A stretch of 63,835 bases of DNA, filler included, from Rhabdomonas costata (Eukaryota), in assembly GCA_019059605.1 (NCBI GenBank). It is 49 parts of 49 records of this genome, joined end to end, with 100 filler letters (N's around TTAATTAATTAA, not from the genome) between each part and the next. Parts side by side here need not be neighbours in the genome. Positions count along the whole stretch, not along the records: positions 35,227 to 36,431 come from JAHMHO010023685.1; positions 36,532 to 37,736 come from JAHMHO010023686.1; positions 37,837 to 39,041 come from JAHMHO010023687.1; positions 39,142 to 40,346 come from JAHMHO010023688.1; positions 40,447 to 41,651 come from JAHMHO010023689.1; positions 41,752 to 42,956 come from JAHMHO010023690.1; positions 43,057 to 44,260 come from JAHMHO010023691.1; positions 44,361 to 45,565 come from JAHMHO010023692.1; 41 more parts are not named here. The stretch is one strand, 5' to 3'. Positions 36,223 through 48,014 of this stretch are shown here, piece by piece. The notes beneath the pieces were generated by a model that worked only from the letters and a program-made list of their open reading frames with translations, had not been told where the DNA came from and did no database searches. Made by a program: the position numbers and the translations under genes. The number at the start of each line of letters is the position of its first letter. The first letter of the stretch is position 1.

Positions 36223-36930
36223 CTGAATCCCACGGGAGTTCAAAATGCAAGAGGCTGGGAGGGCACAGAGGTTGTGTTTACAAGTGAGGCGGCCTGCACA
36301 CACACACACACACGCATTTATGCTATCAATTTGTGAGTAAGAGAGGGTGAACAAAGAAAGGCAGAAATCTAATACAAGAATTATCAATCATAGGAATACA
36401 AACTTGCAATCACTCGTTCACCTACACCACCNNNNNNNNNNNNNNNNNNNNNNNNNNNNNNNNNNNNNNNNNNNNTTAATTAATTAANNNNNNNNNNNNN
36501 NNNNNNNNNNNNNNNNNNNNNNNNNNNNNNNTGTGTGGGGTTCATATTTCTCCTGAGTTTCTGGAAGCTTCTCAGTCTCTAACTGCACCTCTACGCCTGG
36601 TTGAAGAGTCCATTTGGAGGCTTTAATACCTTGACTCAATGTGCAAGGTCCTAGATATCGTTGGGACCTTGGCAGGCCTGCATACTGAGTAAAACCTTAT
36701 GGCAGGGTGTGATTGGCATACATGAGGGTAGAGCCGGCGTCAGCTCGAATGCTTCGATTTGAGAATGTCCAAGACATCCACGCTACTTTTAGGCCTTTTT
36801 GAGGTCTTTTGTTTGTTGCTGGGCTGGCAAAAAATAATTCAATGTTAGTTGACGCAGCGGCAACGGCCCCCAGTTTGTTGATGACTAATTTGTCTTTCCC
36901 CTTCTGAGGAAGCGGAGGAGGCGAGGATAC

Positions 36931-37060
36931 CTGGGGAAGGTCGTCCTCAGCGTCCTCGCTAAGCACACTGGGGGCCACCTCCGTGAGTTTGAGCTTAAGA
37001 TGGCGGTACGCCACCTCGTACTCCGCGGTGCCCTCGACGAGGGCAAACGGGACTTCCATC
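36931..37060 (-). CDS. Exon of an unknown protein
   Basis: VPFALVEGTAEYEVAYRHLKLKLTEVAPSVLSEDAEDDLPQ is followed by gtatcc. The acceptor position is uncertain. Confidence 0.45.
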
Positions 37061-38717
37061 CGCCCGTGGGGTGCGCGAGCGCGAGACAAGCGTGTATGTA
37101 CCCCTCACTCGCTGTGGCAGACTCTTGTGTGGTGAGTGCTGCGCCCTTCTCCGCGCGTCCGCAAAACACACTTGCTCGGGTGCACGTGAAAATCGCAAAA
37201 AGCTACAGAAGTTCGAAATCTGAACGAGAAAAAAGTGAGTGAATATAAGGCCCTTGGGACACCATAGCACGGCCAGGCTTTTACACAAGCATGTCGCCTG
37301 CACGCGATCTAGCAGCCGGGTGTCGGTTATCGTCGTGGGAAAATAAGGGAAGCCCTTCGGCATTTGTCTAGGATGTGTAGCAAAACTGTGCTGCTTTGGA
37401 ACGGCCCAGCTATTAGAACCCCACCATAAAAACAAGAGCCTCGGGAGCTCCCGTTGCGAACGTTTTATGCGTGAAAGCCATGCTGCTCGGCGTGGGTCTG
37501 CTATTCAGAAGGGGGGGGCCCCCAAGTAACACACGCATAATTCCGTAGCAGCGGTGCTGTTTCACCAAAGCACGTAAGGGAAGAGAGGTAGCCCGAGCCA
37601 CCACGCCCCCCACCCTTCTAAGTTCCCTTGGGCGGTGGGTCCGTGCCGCTGGCGCGGCTGTGGTTCGCGGCCTGCTGCAGCTCCTCGGCCTCCTCAGTGG
37701 CGGCCAGGCGCTCGGCAGTGGCGCGGACCCCCCACANNNNNNNNNNNNNNNNNNNNNNNNNNNNNNNNNNNNNNNNNNNNTTAATTAATTAANNNNNNNN
37801 NNNNNNNNNNNNNNNNNNNNNNNNNNNNNNNNNNNNTTTTTGTTGTACTGAGAGCAACATCAACGGCTGGCACCGACGAGGGGTCAAAGGTCCAGAAACT
37901 CGCGTCGGAATCTGACGGGAACTCAAGTCATTTCGCCGAGCAGATGGATTCCTGAGCAAGGAAAAACAGGATAAGGGTGGAAAGCAAGCATTCATGAAGC
38001 AATACTTCTCATTAATACGCTTCAGTTAAGTGCAAGGCTACACACACATAAATTGTTGAGCAGATCGCAGCACCTAATGTCCGGCGGAGTCCCTGTGCTC
38101 GCGCGCTTCCTCGGCAGGCGGTAACACACTACGTTCCGCCTTTCGGGTGCGGATTTATCCCGTGGCGGTTTGCCTGTTCTTCAAAGTTCGCATTTTTCCC
38201 TCTTCTCCCCCCACCCCCGTCCCGCCCACACAGCCCTACCTGGAGTAGCAAAGACCGTCACCTCGGTGCGTGCTGCCCGTCAGGCACCACAACGGAGTGA
38301 TCCGTGGGGACTGTGCGGTGAGCCAGTGGGTTTTCAGCTTGGGCTAGTCTCGCGCTCTGGAGAAACACACAGAATGATGCTGCAAATGAGACATCCATCC
38401 ACATTATCCTGTGACTCATTGGGGACCTGATACGAACCCATTATTGGAGTCAAGCAAAAAGTCATGACTTGGACTTGCATAAAAAAACACAACATTACGG
38501 AATGTCTAGGTCGAAAGCGCTTTGCAGAACACAGCATGCACAAGTGTCAAGCATATCTCAGAGTTTTTCCCTCTGGACGACTGCAAGGGTAGGCTAAGTC
38601 AGAATAATCGCAGGATTTCCAGCAGACCTTGCAACAGTACATAGCCACCAAACCCTGCAACTAACAGAAGGGCACAGTGAGAACCGCTGGATTTTCGGGG
38701 GACGGGCTGCTTCGCAC

Positions 38718-38925
38718 CTCACGGCCCAGAAGCTGCAGCACGGTAGGCCGAAGCTCGCGGTGCCTCAGCCACGGCTCCCACCGACGGGCGAGCTCCTTCC
38801 GCAGCGCTTCCGCCTCACTGCCCGCGCAGCGCCCCACCACCCCGCGAGCCCACTCTCGGGACTCCTCGGCAGCCACGGCATCCCGGCCACGGTACTCCTT
38901 CGCCTCGAGATCCTCCACCAAAGCT
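38718..38925 (-). CDS. Alpha-helical, charge-rich protein exon
   Basis: LVEDLEAKEYRGRDAVAAEESREWARGVV... is bounded by acag and gtgcga. Confidence 0.55.
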
Positions 38926-39264
38926 CTGTGAGCGACACCCATAAGCTTCCTTCCACCCAGAGGAAGAGAGTGTAGTCGTGCAGGATAATTGGTGACTCTT
39001 ATTCGATTAAGCTGTGGTCAATCGAATAAGAGTCACCAAAANNNNNNNNNNNNNNNNNNNNNNNNNNNNNNNNNNNNNNNNNNNNTTAATTAATTAANNN
39101 NNNNNNNNNNNNNNNNNNNNNNNNNNNNNNNNNNNNNNNNNGGTTTGGGTTGCCGTCCCTCTTTTGTGCTTGTCCCCCTCCCCTTTCCTCTCCCGCCTAC
39201 TCTTCTGCTCTCGCTTCCGCTCAGCCCCGGGGCTTCCCTTGTGTGAACTCAGCAGAATAAGAGA

Positions 39265-39490
39265 ATGTTCAGCTCCTCGGACAAGAGCCTGGACCCGATC
39301 CACTGCGTGGTGGACCGCAAGGTGTTCCTGGGCAACCGCTACGCCGCCTCCGACCTGGCCCTGCTGAAGGGGTTGGGGGTGACCCACGTCGTCAACGCCG
39401 CCACGGAGATCCCCAACTTCTTCCCAAAGGAGCTGGTGTACTACAAGTGTGAGCTCAGCGATGACTTGGCGCAGCAGATTGACTTTGATG
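39265..39490 (+). CDS. Dual-specificity protein phosphatase, first exon
   Basis: KVFLGNRYAASDLALLKGLGVTHVVNAATEIPNFFPKELVYYKCELSDD is the typical DSP N-terminal half, including the general-acid Asp region. The donor is gtctcc. Confidence 0.9.
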
Positions 39491-42262
39491 GTCTCCCTTT
39501 TGCGTGGGTGTTTCTGCGTGGCCCTGTCGGGGGGACCCGTTCTCTTAGTCGTTCTCTGGACAGTTCCCCCCCTCTAAAGGGCATATGTTGGCCAATTTTT
39601 TACGTTCGAAAAAAAACGTAAAAGAAACGTAAAATCCAGTGTTCCTGACAAACGTAAAATATCGCAAAACTATCGTAGAAAAAAACGTAAAGAAAATTGG
39701 GCGCCTATGAGGCAGGGGTGACCACGGGGGTGGACGCGGTCAGGAAAGTTCTTTTTCACATTTCCCGCGTAATAATGTTGGTTCATGGTGTTGCCTTTGT
39801 AGCATTTGCAATGCTCTGCAACAGTAGTGGTGTCTTGAGCTGGAGACCACCAAGAACCAGAGCACCACCGGCACCACCTAGGATGGTAAAATACGCCGTT
39901 GACGCAATAACAAATAAGCCAACCCAGTCAGCTCAAAGTCCGGATCACATTCCGGCAGTTCAAAAGGAATACGAGAACCCTCAAGCACACCTAACTACAA
40001 CAGCAACAACGAATCGCACCAGTGAGCTCTCGCCTCCCACGCGGCAGCATGCGCACACCCATGCACCGAGAAGAACTCGTGGGACTTTCTCCACCTCCTT
40101 TCAGAGGAATGTGTTGGAAACACTGCGTAGGCCCTGTATCCTGTGACTGACGGACGCGGTAGAACGCTTTTTATCTGCATAACATTTTTTGAATTTTGTT
40201 TCCCCTTGGTTTTATTGGCCTTGTTTTTACTTTGCTGTGATTGGAAATTCGTCAAAAGTCAAACGCAAAAAAAAACGTAAAATTCGCTGAAAAAATCATT
40301 TAAAAATCGTTTTAAAAAAAATCAAAAAAAATTTTCAACCAACCCCNNNNNNNNNNNNNNNNNNNNNNNNNNNNNNNNNNNNNNNNNNNNTTAATTAATT
40401 AANNNNNNNNNNNNNNNNNNNNNNNNNNNNNNNNNNNNNNNNNNNNGGTTTGGGGGGAGCCAGCCTGGCAGCAAAAGCCGTGGGGATCTTCACAGGGGCC
40501 ACGTCAGGCTCCTCCTCCTCTTCATCTTCGTCGTCGTCGGGATGGGCACAGACATCTGCAGTGGGTCACCCCGCAGTGCCCAGCAGCTCGGGTTTGCCCT
40601 CCTGCCTGCCCACGTCCTTTTGAGGGCCTGTACAAGCACATACACGTAATGTGAGCAACTGGGCGCGAAGTTCTATTGCTAGAGTTGGTTCCCTTTGGTT
40701 CGTTGTGTGCTTTCTCGTGCTGTTTAGACCAAAGTATTCATTACATCCAAGCGCCGTTCAAACTGAGGAAGACTAGGGGGCTTAAACGTAAGCAACCGTC
40801 CATTTGTATTAAAGTTCTGATGATCGCACCACCTTAGCTATGATCGACACATCCACTCTGTTGTAGTCATATGGTAGTTTCAATGAGTATCCTCTCTCCA
40901 ACCTCCAACATAGGTAACTTCACGCAATTTTAATGAAAACAATGAGACTCAAATTTCTATTTCCAGAGCCGTTTCCCCGCGAATCGTGGAGTACGATTCA
41001 AAGCTTTCCAGCAACGTTACATGGGTTTATCTACCTGCGAAGGTCTGGATAAATTACGTAGTTATGCCTTGGACTGCACTGGCAAAGGCCGCAAGATTTG
41101 TCCGACGGGTATGCAATCAAATGAGTGAATCGCGCAGCACGTTTTTCTTTTGACACTTGTCACCCCCGCGATCCTGTGTCACACGTGTGAGCATATCCTT
41201 CCAACACCTCCTAATGGCCTAACATGCCTTTATTTACCAATTTTGCTCCAGCTCGACACGCGTTCTCCAGATTCAGAGAAAGGACAGTGAAACAACAGAA
41301 ATCACAAGATGAAATGCAAATGGGTAACCGTAATGATTTCTTTAAATAACCTTTAATAGGAAGCGATCAGTCAAAGTGTACTTTTGATGGTTCGTCGGCG
41401 GAAAAAGAAACAAAAAAAAAGAGCGTGGAAGCCTCCTTGTGGTGAGCATCTCATTCCAATATTCCAAAATCAATACACAAGTAAGGGCGCTGCGCGTGGC
41501 GCGCAGCGCTAAGGGGTCCCGTTACGAAACGAGGGTGCATGCTTATCCCAACATGGACTACACCTACTTCGAGGAAGGGGGACCCCTCCCCGCGGTTTGC
41601 CGCTATTGCAACCAACCGAATCACGACTTTACCCAAGCGGCCAAACCCCACNNNNNNNNNNNNNNNNNNNNNNNNNNNNNNNNNNNNNNNNNNNNTTAAT
41701 TAATTAANNNNNNNNNNNNNNNNNNNNNNNNNNNNNNNNNNNNNNNNNNNNTAGTGGTCATCACAATTGGGGTACTCAAGTCCTGGTGCGACAAGCGCCG
41801 GTCGGGAAGCACGACATTCGGGAGGTGATGGACACCTTTCTCAGAAATTATCCAAAGGATGGGGCAGACTTTGGTTATTCCCAGAGCTATTGAAAAGCGG
41901 GCACGGAGATCACGCACATAACTTTGTGGTAACCACTATGGACGTGGGCTTTTCAATGAATGCTCTCGCTGAAAACGCTCTAGGCAGCGCGGCTTCGGCG
42001 TGCTTCGTGAGAAAAAGAGGGGAAGATGGTGTCGCGAACCAAGCTGGTTTCGGCCATTGTGCGCCGTGGATGTTTGATACGCCAGAGATAAAATCAGGAG
42101 TGCGACCAAAAAAAACGCATGCTTCTCAAAATTATGCCGGAATTTATGCCGGATGGACCTAAGGCCCATCCGGCAGACGGAAGGAAAAACAAGAACAAAG
42201 CGACCCAGCAGATATTTGAAACGCGTGGTACCGGACAACGCTGGAAAACAGGAATCAGACAT

Positions 42263-42325
42263 GGCCGGTCTTATGTCTGAGTGGTCATGGGCTCGTGTAC
42301 ACGGGTTCGATTCCCAGACCCAGTC
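42263..42325 (+). ncRNA. tRNA-like Pol III element (A and B boxes, no anticodon arm); SINE head or small RNA candidate
   Basis: An A-box-like TGTCTGAGTGG (42274-42284) and B box GGTTCGATTCC (42304-42314) are present, and GGTCT pairs with AGACC. The spacing is too short for a real tRNA. Confidence 0.45.
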
Positions 42326-43323
42326 AGGGCGGCCACGCCAAGGCGAGGAGCCCGTCTTGGCTCCTGGGTCCCGTTGGCCGCCGGTGTGATGCTCACGCGG
42401 CTAGGGGCCGTGCGGAGCAGCCCCGGGTGGTGACAAACGTCCGACCAGATTTTTCCGAGCAGATGGCAGAGGCAAAGTGTGCGGTGCCCCCCAGATGAAC
42501 TTTGACTTGGAAAAAGTAAATTTTCGCCCGTTTGATTCTCACCCGAAAATGCAAAGCACGAACATCGGCGAATCCGAAAAAGTGTAACCCAATTTGAGGA
42601 ATTTTCCTAACACAAAAAACAACTCTGCCAACCCTACTGGCATGGCTTCCATAAGGTGCCATTTGGTAACTGACTCTTTCTATCGCCTTTCACTTTTAGT
42701 GGCCAATAATTATGAGAATACACGGCCACTAAAAAGAATACAAAAGTAACCAATACAGGAAGTCTTCAAGGACCCGACTGACGACAACGGACCGACCACA
42801 AACACGTTTCCCTCCATATAACCCCTTCTAGCCTTATAACCGCGAGACGGCACTCTTCACATTCCTCTGCCTAATCGGACCTTCAAAAAAATCTCTCGGT
42901 TCAACTAACCCCCTCCACTTTCAAGTCAGAATTCAGAATGGATGGGCCCAAAACCCNNNNNNNNNNNNNNNNNNNNNNNNNNNNNNNNNNNNNNNNNNNN
43001 TTAATTAATTAANNNNNNNNNNNNNNNNNNNNNNNNNNNNNNNNNNNNNNNNNNNNGATTTCGCGCTGTGTGTGTGTGGGGGGGTGATTTTTGATTCTGA
43101 AGCGAGCTGTGGATTCTGCGACCGGTGGGGCATAGGTTAGGTACAGTTGGGGTTTGCACCCAGCCATGTGTTTTGATTCAGGTCTGAGGTCATGGTGTAA
43201 TGTGCTTTCGCGATGATGTGGGACGGCTTCGGCCCTGTACTTGAGATTTTCGCTGTTTTTTCTATACTTTGTAAATGTATTTAGTGAACGAGCTTCCCTT
43301 TCCCTCAACTTGTTTCCTTTTCA

Positions 43324-43577
43324 GTGCTGCGCAGTTCATTCCCGAGCCCTTCTTCGCACCCCTCCTCTTCACGGCCTACGCCGCCTGCCGGAAATGCCAC
43401 CAACTCTAAGCTGTCCCCTGTATCGAATCCCAGAGTTGTTGTGACTCCGGCACCTGAACAGGAGAAGGTTGTCCCGGCCTTCACCAGATCTACTAGTGCT
43501 CCACCAAAACCATCCAAGAAAGGTTTTAATATGAGTTTGCGAGCTCTTGCCTGGCTGCCGTTGGTGCCGAGCCCCAA
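43324..43577 (+). CDS. Ser/Pro-rich low-complexity exon
   Basis: An open frame follows tttcag and ends at a gt donor. No domain recognised. Confidence 0.35.
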
Positions 43578-44372
43578 GGTTCCGCTTTTTGCTTTGTCGA
43601 TGTTGTATGCTTTGCCAAACGTTCTCTCACGCTCCCCCTCTTTTTGTGCTTGTTGTGAGGCAGTGAGAGTTGACCCTGCCAGATCGTCCTCTCAGTCATA
43701 TATGCCAATGATGGATGCGTTCCATTCTGCTCTTTGTAAGATGGGGATCTGCCCTTTCCTTTATGGTTTGAGTGTTTGCGTCTGAGACTTGTTGCGGTGC
43801 CTCAAGAAGTAAGTGTTTAAAGGACTGCACCTGTGTCATTTGCTCTCATGTTTCGAGTCAATTGCCGTTGTCTTGACTCTTCACAGATTGACAAGTCCCC
43901 CGTCGTTCCATCTCCAGGTTGGCTGCAAACGTTCGTTTTCAGCTGCGATCTGGCGTTCTGCTCCGAAGTTTTCGTCCATCGCTCATATCGCCATGGACAC
44001 GTTTACCAAAAACCAGAAACCCAAAAACTCAAGCTCCACAATTTCGATGTGACGGGACGCAACTCACTAACCAGCCCTGAGCATGAGCAAAGTTAATTCC
44101 TCTACCCACGAGGTATTTTTAAACTACCAAAACGACTTTCGACGAGAATCGTCGTGGGAGTTTTTTTTTTTTGCAATATTCGGAGTTGAATGTTACAGAA
44201 GCATCTCTGCCTCTCCAAAGCCCTTTTTCTGCTATCTTTGAAAAAGTTCCCACCAACACANNNNNNNNNNNNNNNNNNNNNNNNNNNNNNNNNNNNNNNN
44301 NNNNTTAATTAATTAANNNNNNNNNNNNNNNNNNNNNNNNNNNNNNNNNNNNNNNNNNNNTTTACACAAAAC

Positions 44373-45163
44373 CTGGAGACGTCCAAGGTGCCGTCAATGA
44401 GGTCCTCGCGGACTCTGCCCTTGCATTTCACAATTCGATCCCTCTCCGAGGGGTCTGCAGGCTTGTGGTCTGAGGAGGCGTAGAGCAACTCACCGCCTGC
44501 CCCTGAGAAGCATCACAGAAACAAATCTCCAGCATACTCGGGGACCAGCGAAATGCAGAGTGAACCCCATCACATTTCTATCATTCGGGAAAATAACTCC
44601 GCGAAGGAACTTTCTGGGCTGCAGATTGGGGCGCACTAAACAAGTGATCAGGTGCCGGCTTCGACATTAGCGCAGTGGAACTTCAGGAAGAACCTCGAAA
44701 GGACAAAAGAGGACCTTACGCCATACAAAGGAGCTCAAACACACAGATGCGGATGAGATTGATGTCTGGGGTGTGGCAAAGAAGGAACAAAAGGCGGGGT
44801 GAGCATGAATGTATGGTGAGGTTGATATGCACGAAGGGTTTGTGTGGGTTGGGAAACCACACACAGATACACACACGTACACACCGGCAACAACAACCCG
44901 GGTGTTGCCCAGGTGAGCCAGCTGCAGGCCAAGTTCCTCGGTTCCCGCCCCACGGTGCACCATCCATAGTGCCGCGGTAGCTCCGCTGGCGCCTCCAGTG
45001 CTCGCAGCCAGGTATTGCTGATCCAGCCGCACCAGCAGGTCCTCTAACGCTGCCGGTGAGCCGGGTGATCCCAAGACCTCACTCGGTAGCAGTCTCGCAA
45101 AGTGAGTTGCAGCTCGCGCGCTGGCTTTGTGCCCATCCAAAACAACCCCCATCCCCAAAACAC
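44373..45163 (-). CDS. PP2C/PPM-family phosphatase, divergent (exons about 45163-44885 and 44496-44373)
   Basis: GVVLDGHK, SGATA, LAHLGNTRVV and SSDHKPADPSERDRI..CKGRV...IDGTLDVSR follow the order of PP2C motifs. Confidence 0.88.
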
Positions 45164-45952
45164 CTGTTCTCCTGGAACCATCGGTGACGTGAATGCCTTT
45201 GGTTGGAACTCATTACACCAGTCGTCCAGCCCTGGAACCGCTTCAACGCTTGGAGTGTAAACGTGAATACACGTGCTATCCCTATTGATCCTTTAAAAGC
45301 AGTTCCATAAAATTTTGAAACTGCCGAAAAAGAATATGACTTTCGGACCAGGTTGGGCCGGGCGGCAGACACTACCGGCTAGGAAGGAAATGTCGGTACA
45401 AGTTTACGAGTTTAAGGTGCTGACAACAACTTCACGTTCCAGAGAGTGCGTCGTACGTTGAGGGTGAGCGAAAAAGACGTTTAGTGACGTGTCTGTCCAC
45501 CACACATGCTGAAAGACAACGCACCGTGCGCATGCAAATATATCCTACGGCGCCCACAACCCCCCNNNNNNNNNNNNNNNNNNNNNNNNNNNNNNNNNNN
45601 NNNNNNNNNTTAATTAATTAANNNNNNNNNNNNNNNNNNNNNNNNNNNNNNNNNNNNNNNNNNNNTGTGGTGTGTGCGGGAGTTCCCCTTGACCTTTTCA
45701 GCACCCCTGACGTTTTTATGAACTAAATGCACAACTCTGTCTTGCGAAAGAAAGAAATGTTCATATAAACGTCAGGGGTGCTGAAAAGGTCAAGGGGAAC
45801 TCCCGCACTACCATTCTTCACAGCCAAACCCGACTTCTTTTTTCTTTCGAAAAATTGGGACAGTTTCGATTTTTCTGAAAAATCAGACGGCTGCTGATTT
45901 GTTGCAAAAAGAAACAGTGCAAGTGTTTGGTCGAGGGGGTTGCATTGTTCAG

Positions 45953-46137
45953 GTTACGAGGTTGCTGTGGGCATAGTGCAGAGGATGGACACCGGAGGGC
46001 AGAGCATCCCCGACGCCACACAGCGGTTTGCGCGGGAGCTGCACAACCGGTGGGGGGTGGGCGCCGCGGCGTGCGACAACGGGGTGATGATGTTCCTGAG
46101 CGTCGGCGACCGCTGGGTGTATATAAGTACAGGCAAG
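45953..46137 (+). CDS. TPM-domain (TLP18.3/Psb32/MOLO-1) protein exon
   Basis: EVAVGIVQRM...FARELHNRWGVGAAACDNGVMMFLSVGDRWVYISTGK matches the TPM FA..L...WGVG....NG+++.+S..DR.+.I.TG signature. Confidence 0.88.
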
Positions 46138-46989
46138 GTGAGGACAGGGCATTAGCTTTTTCCTTTTTGGCCAGTACGGCACGTTTTCTTTTTCGATTTG
46201 TCGCCTACCGTTAACCTTCCAGGTGATGTAGCGAATGCTGGTCAGTCACTTCTTGTTTTTTTTTGTTTTGCTTAGGAGGTTCTGTGCGCAGTGTGTTTTG
46301 GAACGTGATTTTCGTTGAGAGTGGTCTGCCGGATTTTTTCTGCCAGCGTGCGTGGAGCCGCATGATAGTGCCCATGCGCTGATCGTGGTGTCTCACAAGT
46401 TTATTACTTTCATTCGTTGTTCATGTCGTGATGCCGGTTTTTGCGATGCTGAGATGCGATGCGGTGTTGATGTTGGGTGACCGTGTTTGCCCTTGTATCG
46501 CGGTGGACACTTTTATCTGGCGAACTCTAAAGGTAAGATTAACCAATCTATTGCACACCTAACACCATAACACCAGTTTCTCTGTGGCAACGAATTTCTG
46601 GCCAAAAATGGTATACTGCGGCTTTCAAGAGAGGTTTCAGTCAATATGCTGGCACCGTTTAGGTGCTTGGTATGCCCACAAGCTCGATTATGGTGATATA
46701 CTTCCCAGGAGTCTCGGTTATTCGCAGCATAGCTTGGATTTTTCTTCCCCCGAAAAACCACAGTCCCAAAGTCTCTCGTGTTTTGTTCAAAAAGGCACAA
46801 AAAGTGAGAGTGTCATAAGGGTCCACCGCGATACGACACACTTTTTGCTTGTTTTAGCTCGTAAAGCGAANNNNNNNNNNNNNNNNNNNNNNNNNNNNNN
46901 NNNNNNNNNNNNNNTTAATTAATTAANNNNNNNNNNNNNNNNNNNNNNNNNNNNNNNNNNNNNNNNNNNNGGTTTTTGGTGGCGCAGGG

Positions 46990-48014
46990 ATGCTTCAAAT
47001 TGGGGAGCCCACCAATGTGCAGCGGGTGTGGCACGTCACGGCGGACGAGACCTCGGATACGGGGCTGGCCGGGCTTCCGCCGCAGTGGGTGGACACCCTG
47101 CGCCGCAGCGGGATCAGCCAGGACGAGGCCCGCAGCAACGTGGAGGCCGTGGTGTCCGTGCTAAACACCGTGGCCAAGGGCGTGCTGGTGCGACTGTGCG
47201 TGCGTGATGTGCTTTTCACGGTTGCCTGGCACCCCGCGTGGTTCACAGGGATGTCGAATTCATCGCACAGAGGCTTTTTTTTACTGGTTTCGACCTCACG
47301 GTTTGACGACATCAAACCGTTATAACGCCACGCATGAAAAAATGTAATAATAATGTAAATTGTGGTGCACACACAAACCAAAGCTGAAGCTCGCTATGAT
47401 GTGCTTACTTGCGGACTCTTGTACTTGCATTTGAGCGCTGGTGAGCTTGCGGCGGGTGCTTCTTCTGCCTGGGAGGTGCCCGAGGTGCCCCTCCCTCCCC
47501 CTCTGAATTATAAGGATCCTCCGAAGCCCCCGGTGAAGGCGAAGTACCCTTTGTCCGAGCTGCTTCGCTCCGAGGACCCCACGCAGGAGTTCGACAACCT
47601 CGTCCGCCTAGACCGTGGTGCCAGTGCGGAGGTGCGTGTGTGCGTGATCTTTGCGCTGTTCTTTTTAATATTTAATGCAAAGCAGCGACATTCAAAAACG
47701 AGGTGAGAGCGCAAGAAATTGGTCAACACTGAGCTGGTGGACTGCTCCTGTCTCGCAGCAAAGACGCGTGTACCAAAGAACTGCTCGGGCGTTCCATATC
47801 GGACGTTCGGGTGATGGGTGATGGGCAGGTCTACAAGGCCACTCGGAAGGCTGACGGGGCAGTAGTGGCGATCAAGAAGATCTTCCCGCACATTTTTATC
47901 AAAGACTTCGCGGCGCTGGAAAACGAAATCAGTGTGATGTATACCTCGCATCACCCAAACGTGATCGACTTTTACAGCGTGTACAAGCACCACGAGGAGC
48001 TGTGGATTGTCATG
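46990..48014 (+). CDS. PAK/STE20-family kinase with N-terminal CRIB/autoinhibitory region (three exons; kinase exon 47829-48014)
   Basis: IGEPTNVQRVWHV...GLAGLPPQWVDTLRRSGIS..E (PBD) is followed by EDPTQEFDNLVRLDRGASAE / VYKA...VAIKK...ENEISVM...HPNVIDF...EELWIVM. Confidence 0.9.

Noticed and set aside
38989-39039. 20-bp stem-loop
   Set aside because: It is contig-terminal and most likely a self-priming artefact.
45674-45808. Inverted repeat of about 42-50 bp
   Set aside because: It is contig-terminal with a G/T tail. Six such long hairpins all fall at contig ends, which argues for a technical origin, although real hairpins that break assemblies cannot be fully excluded.
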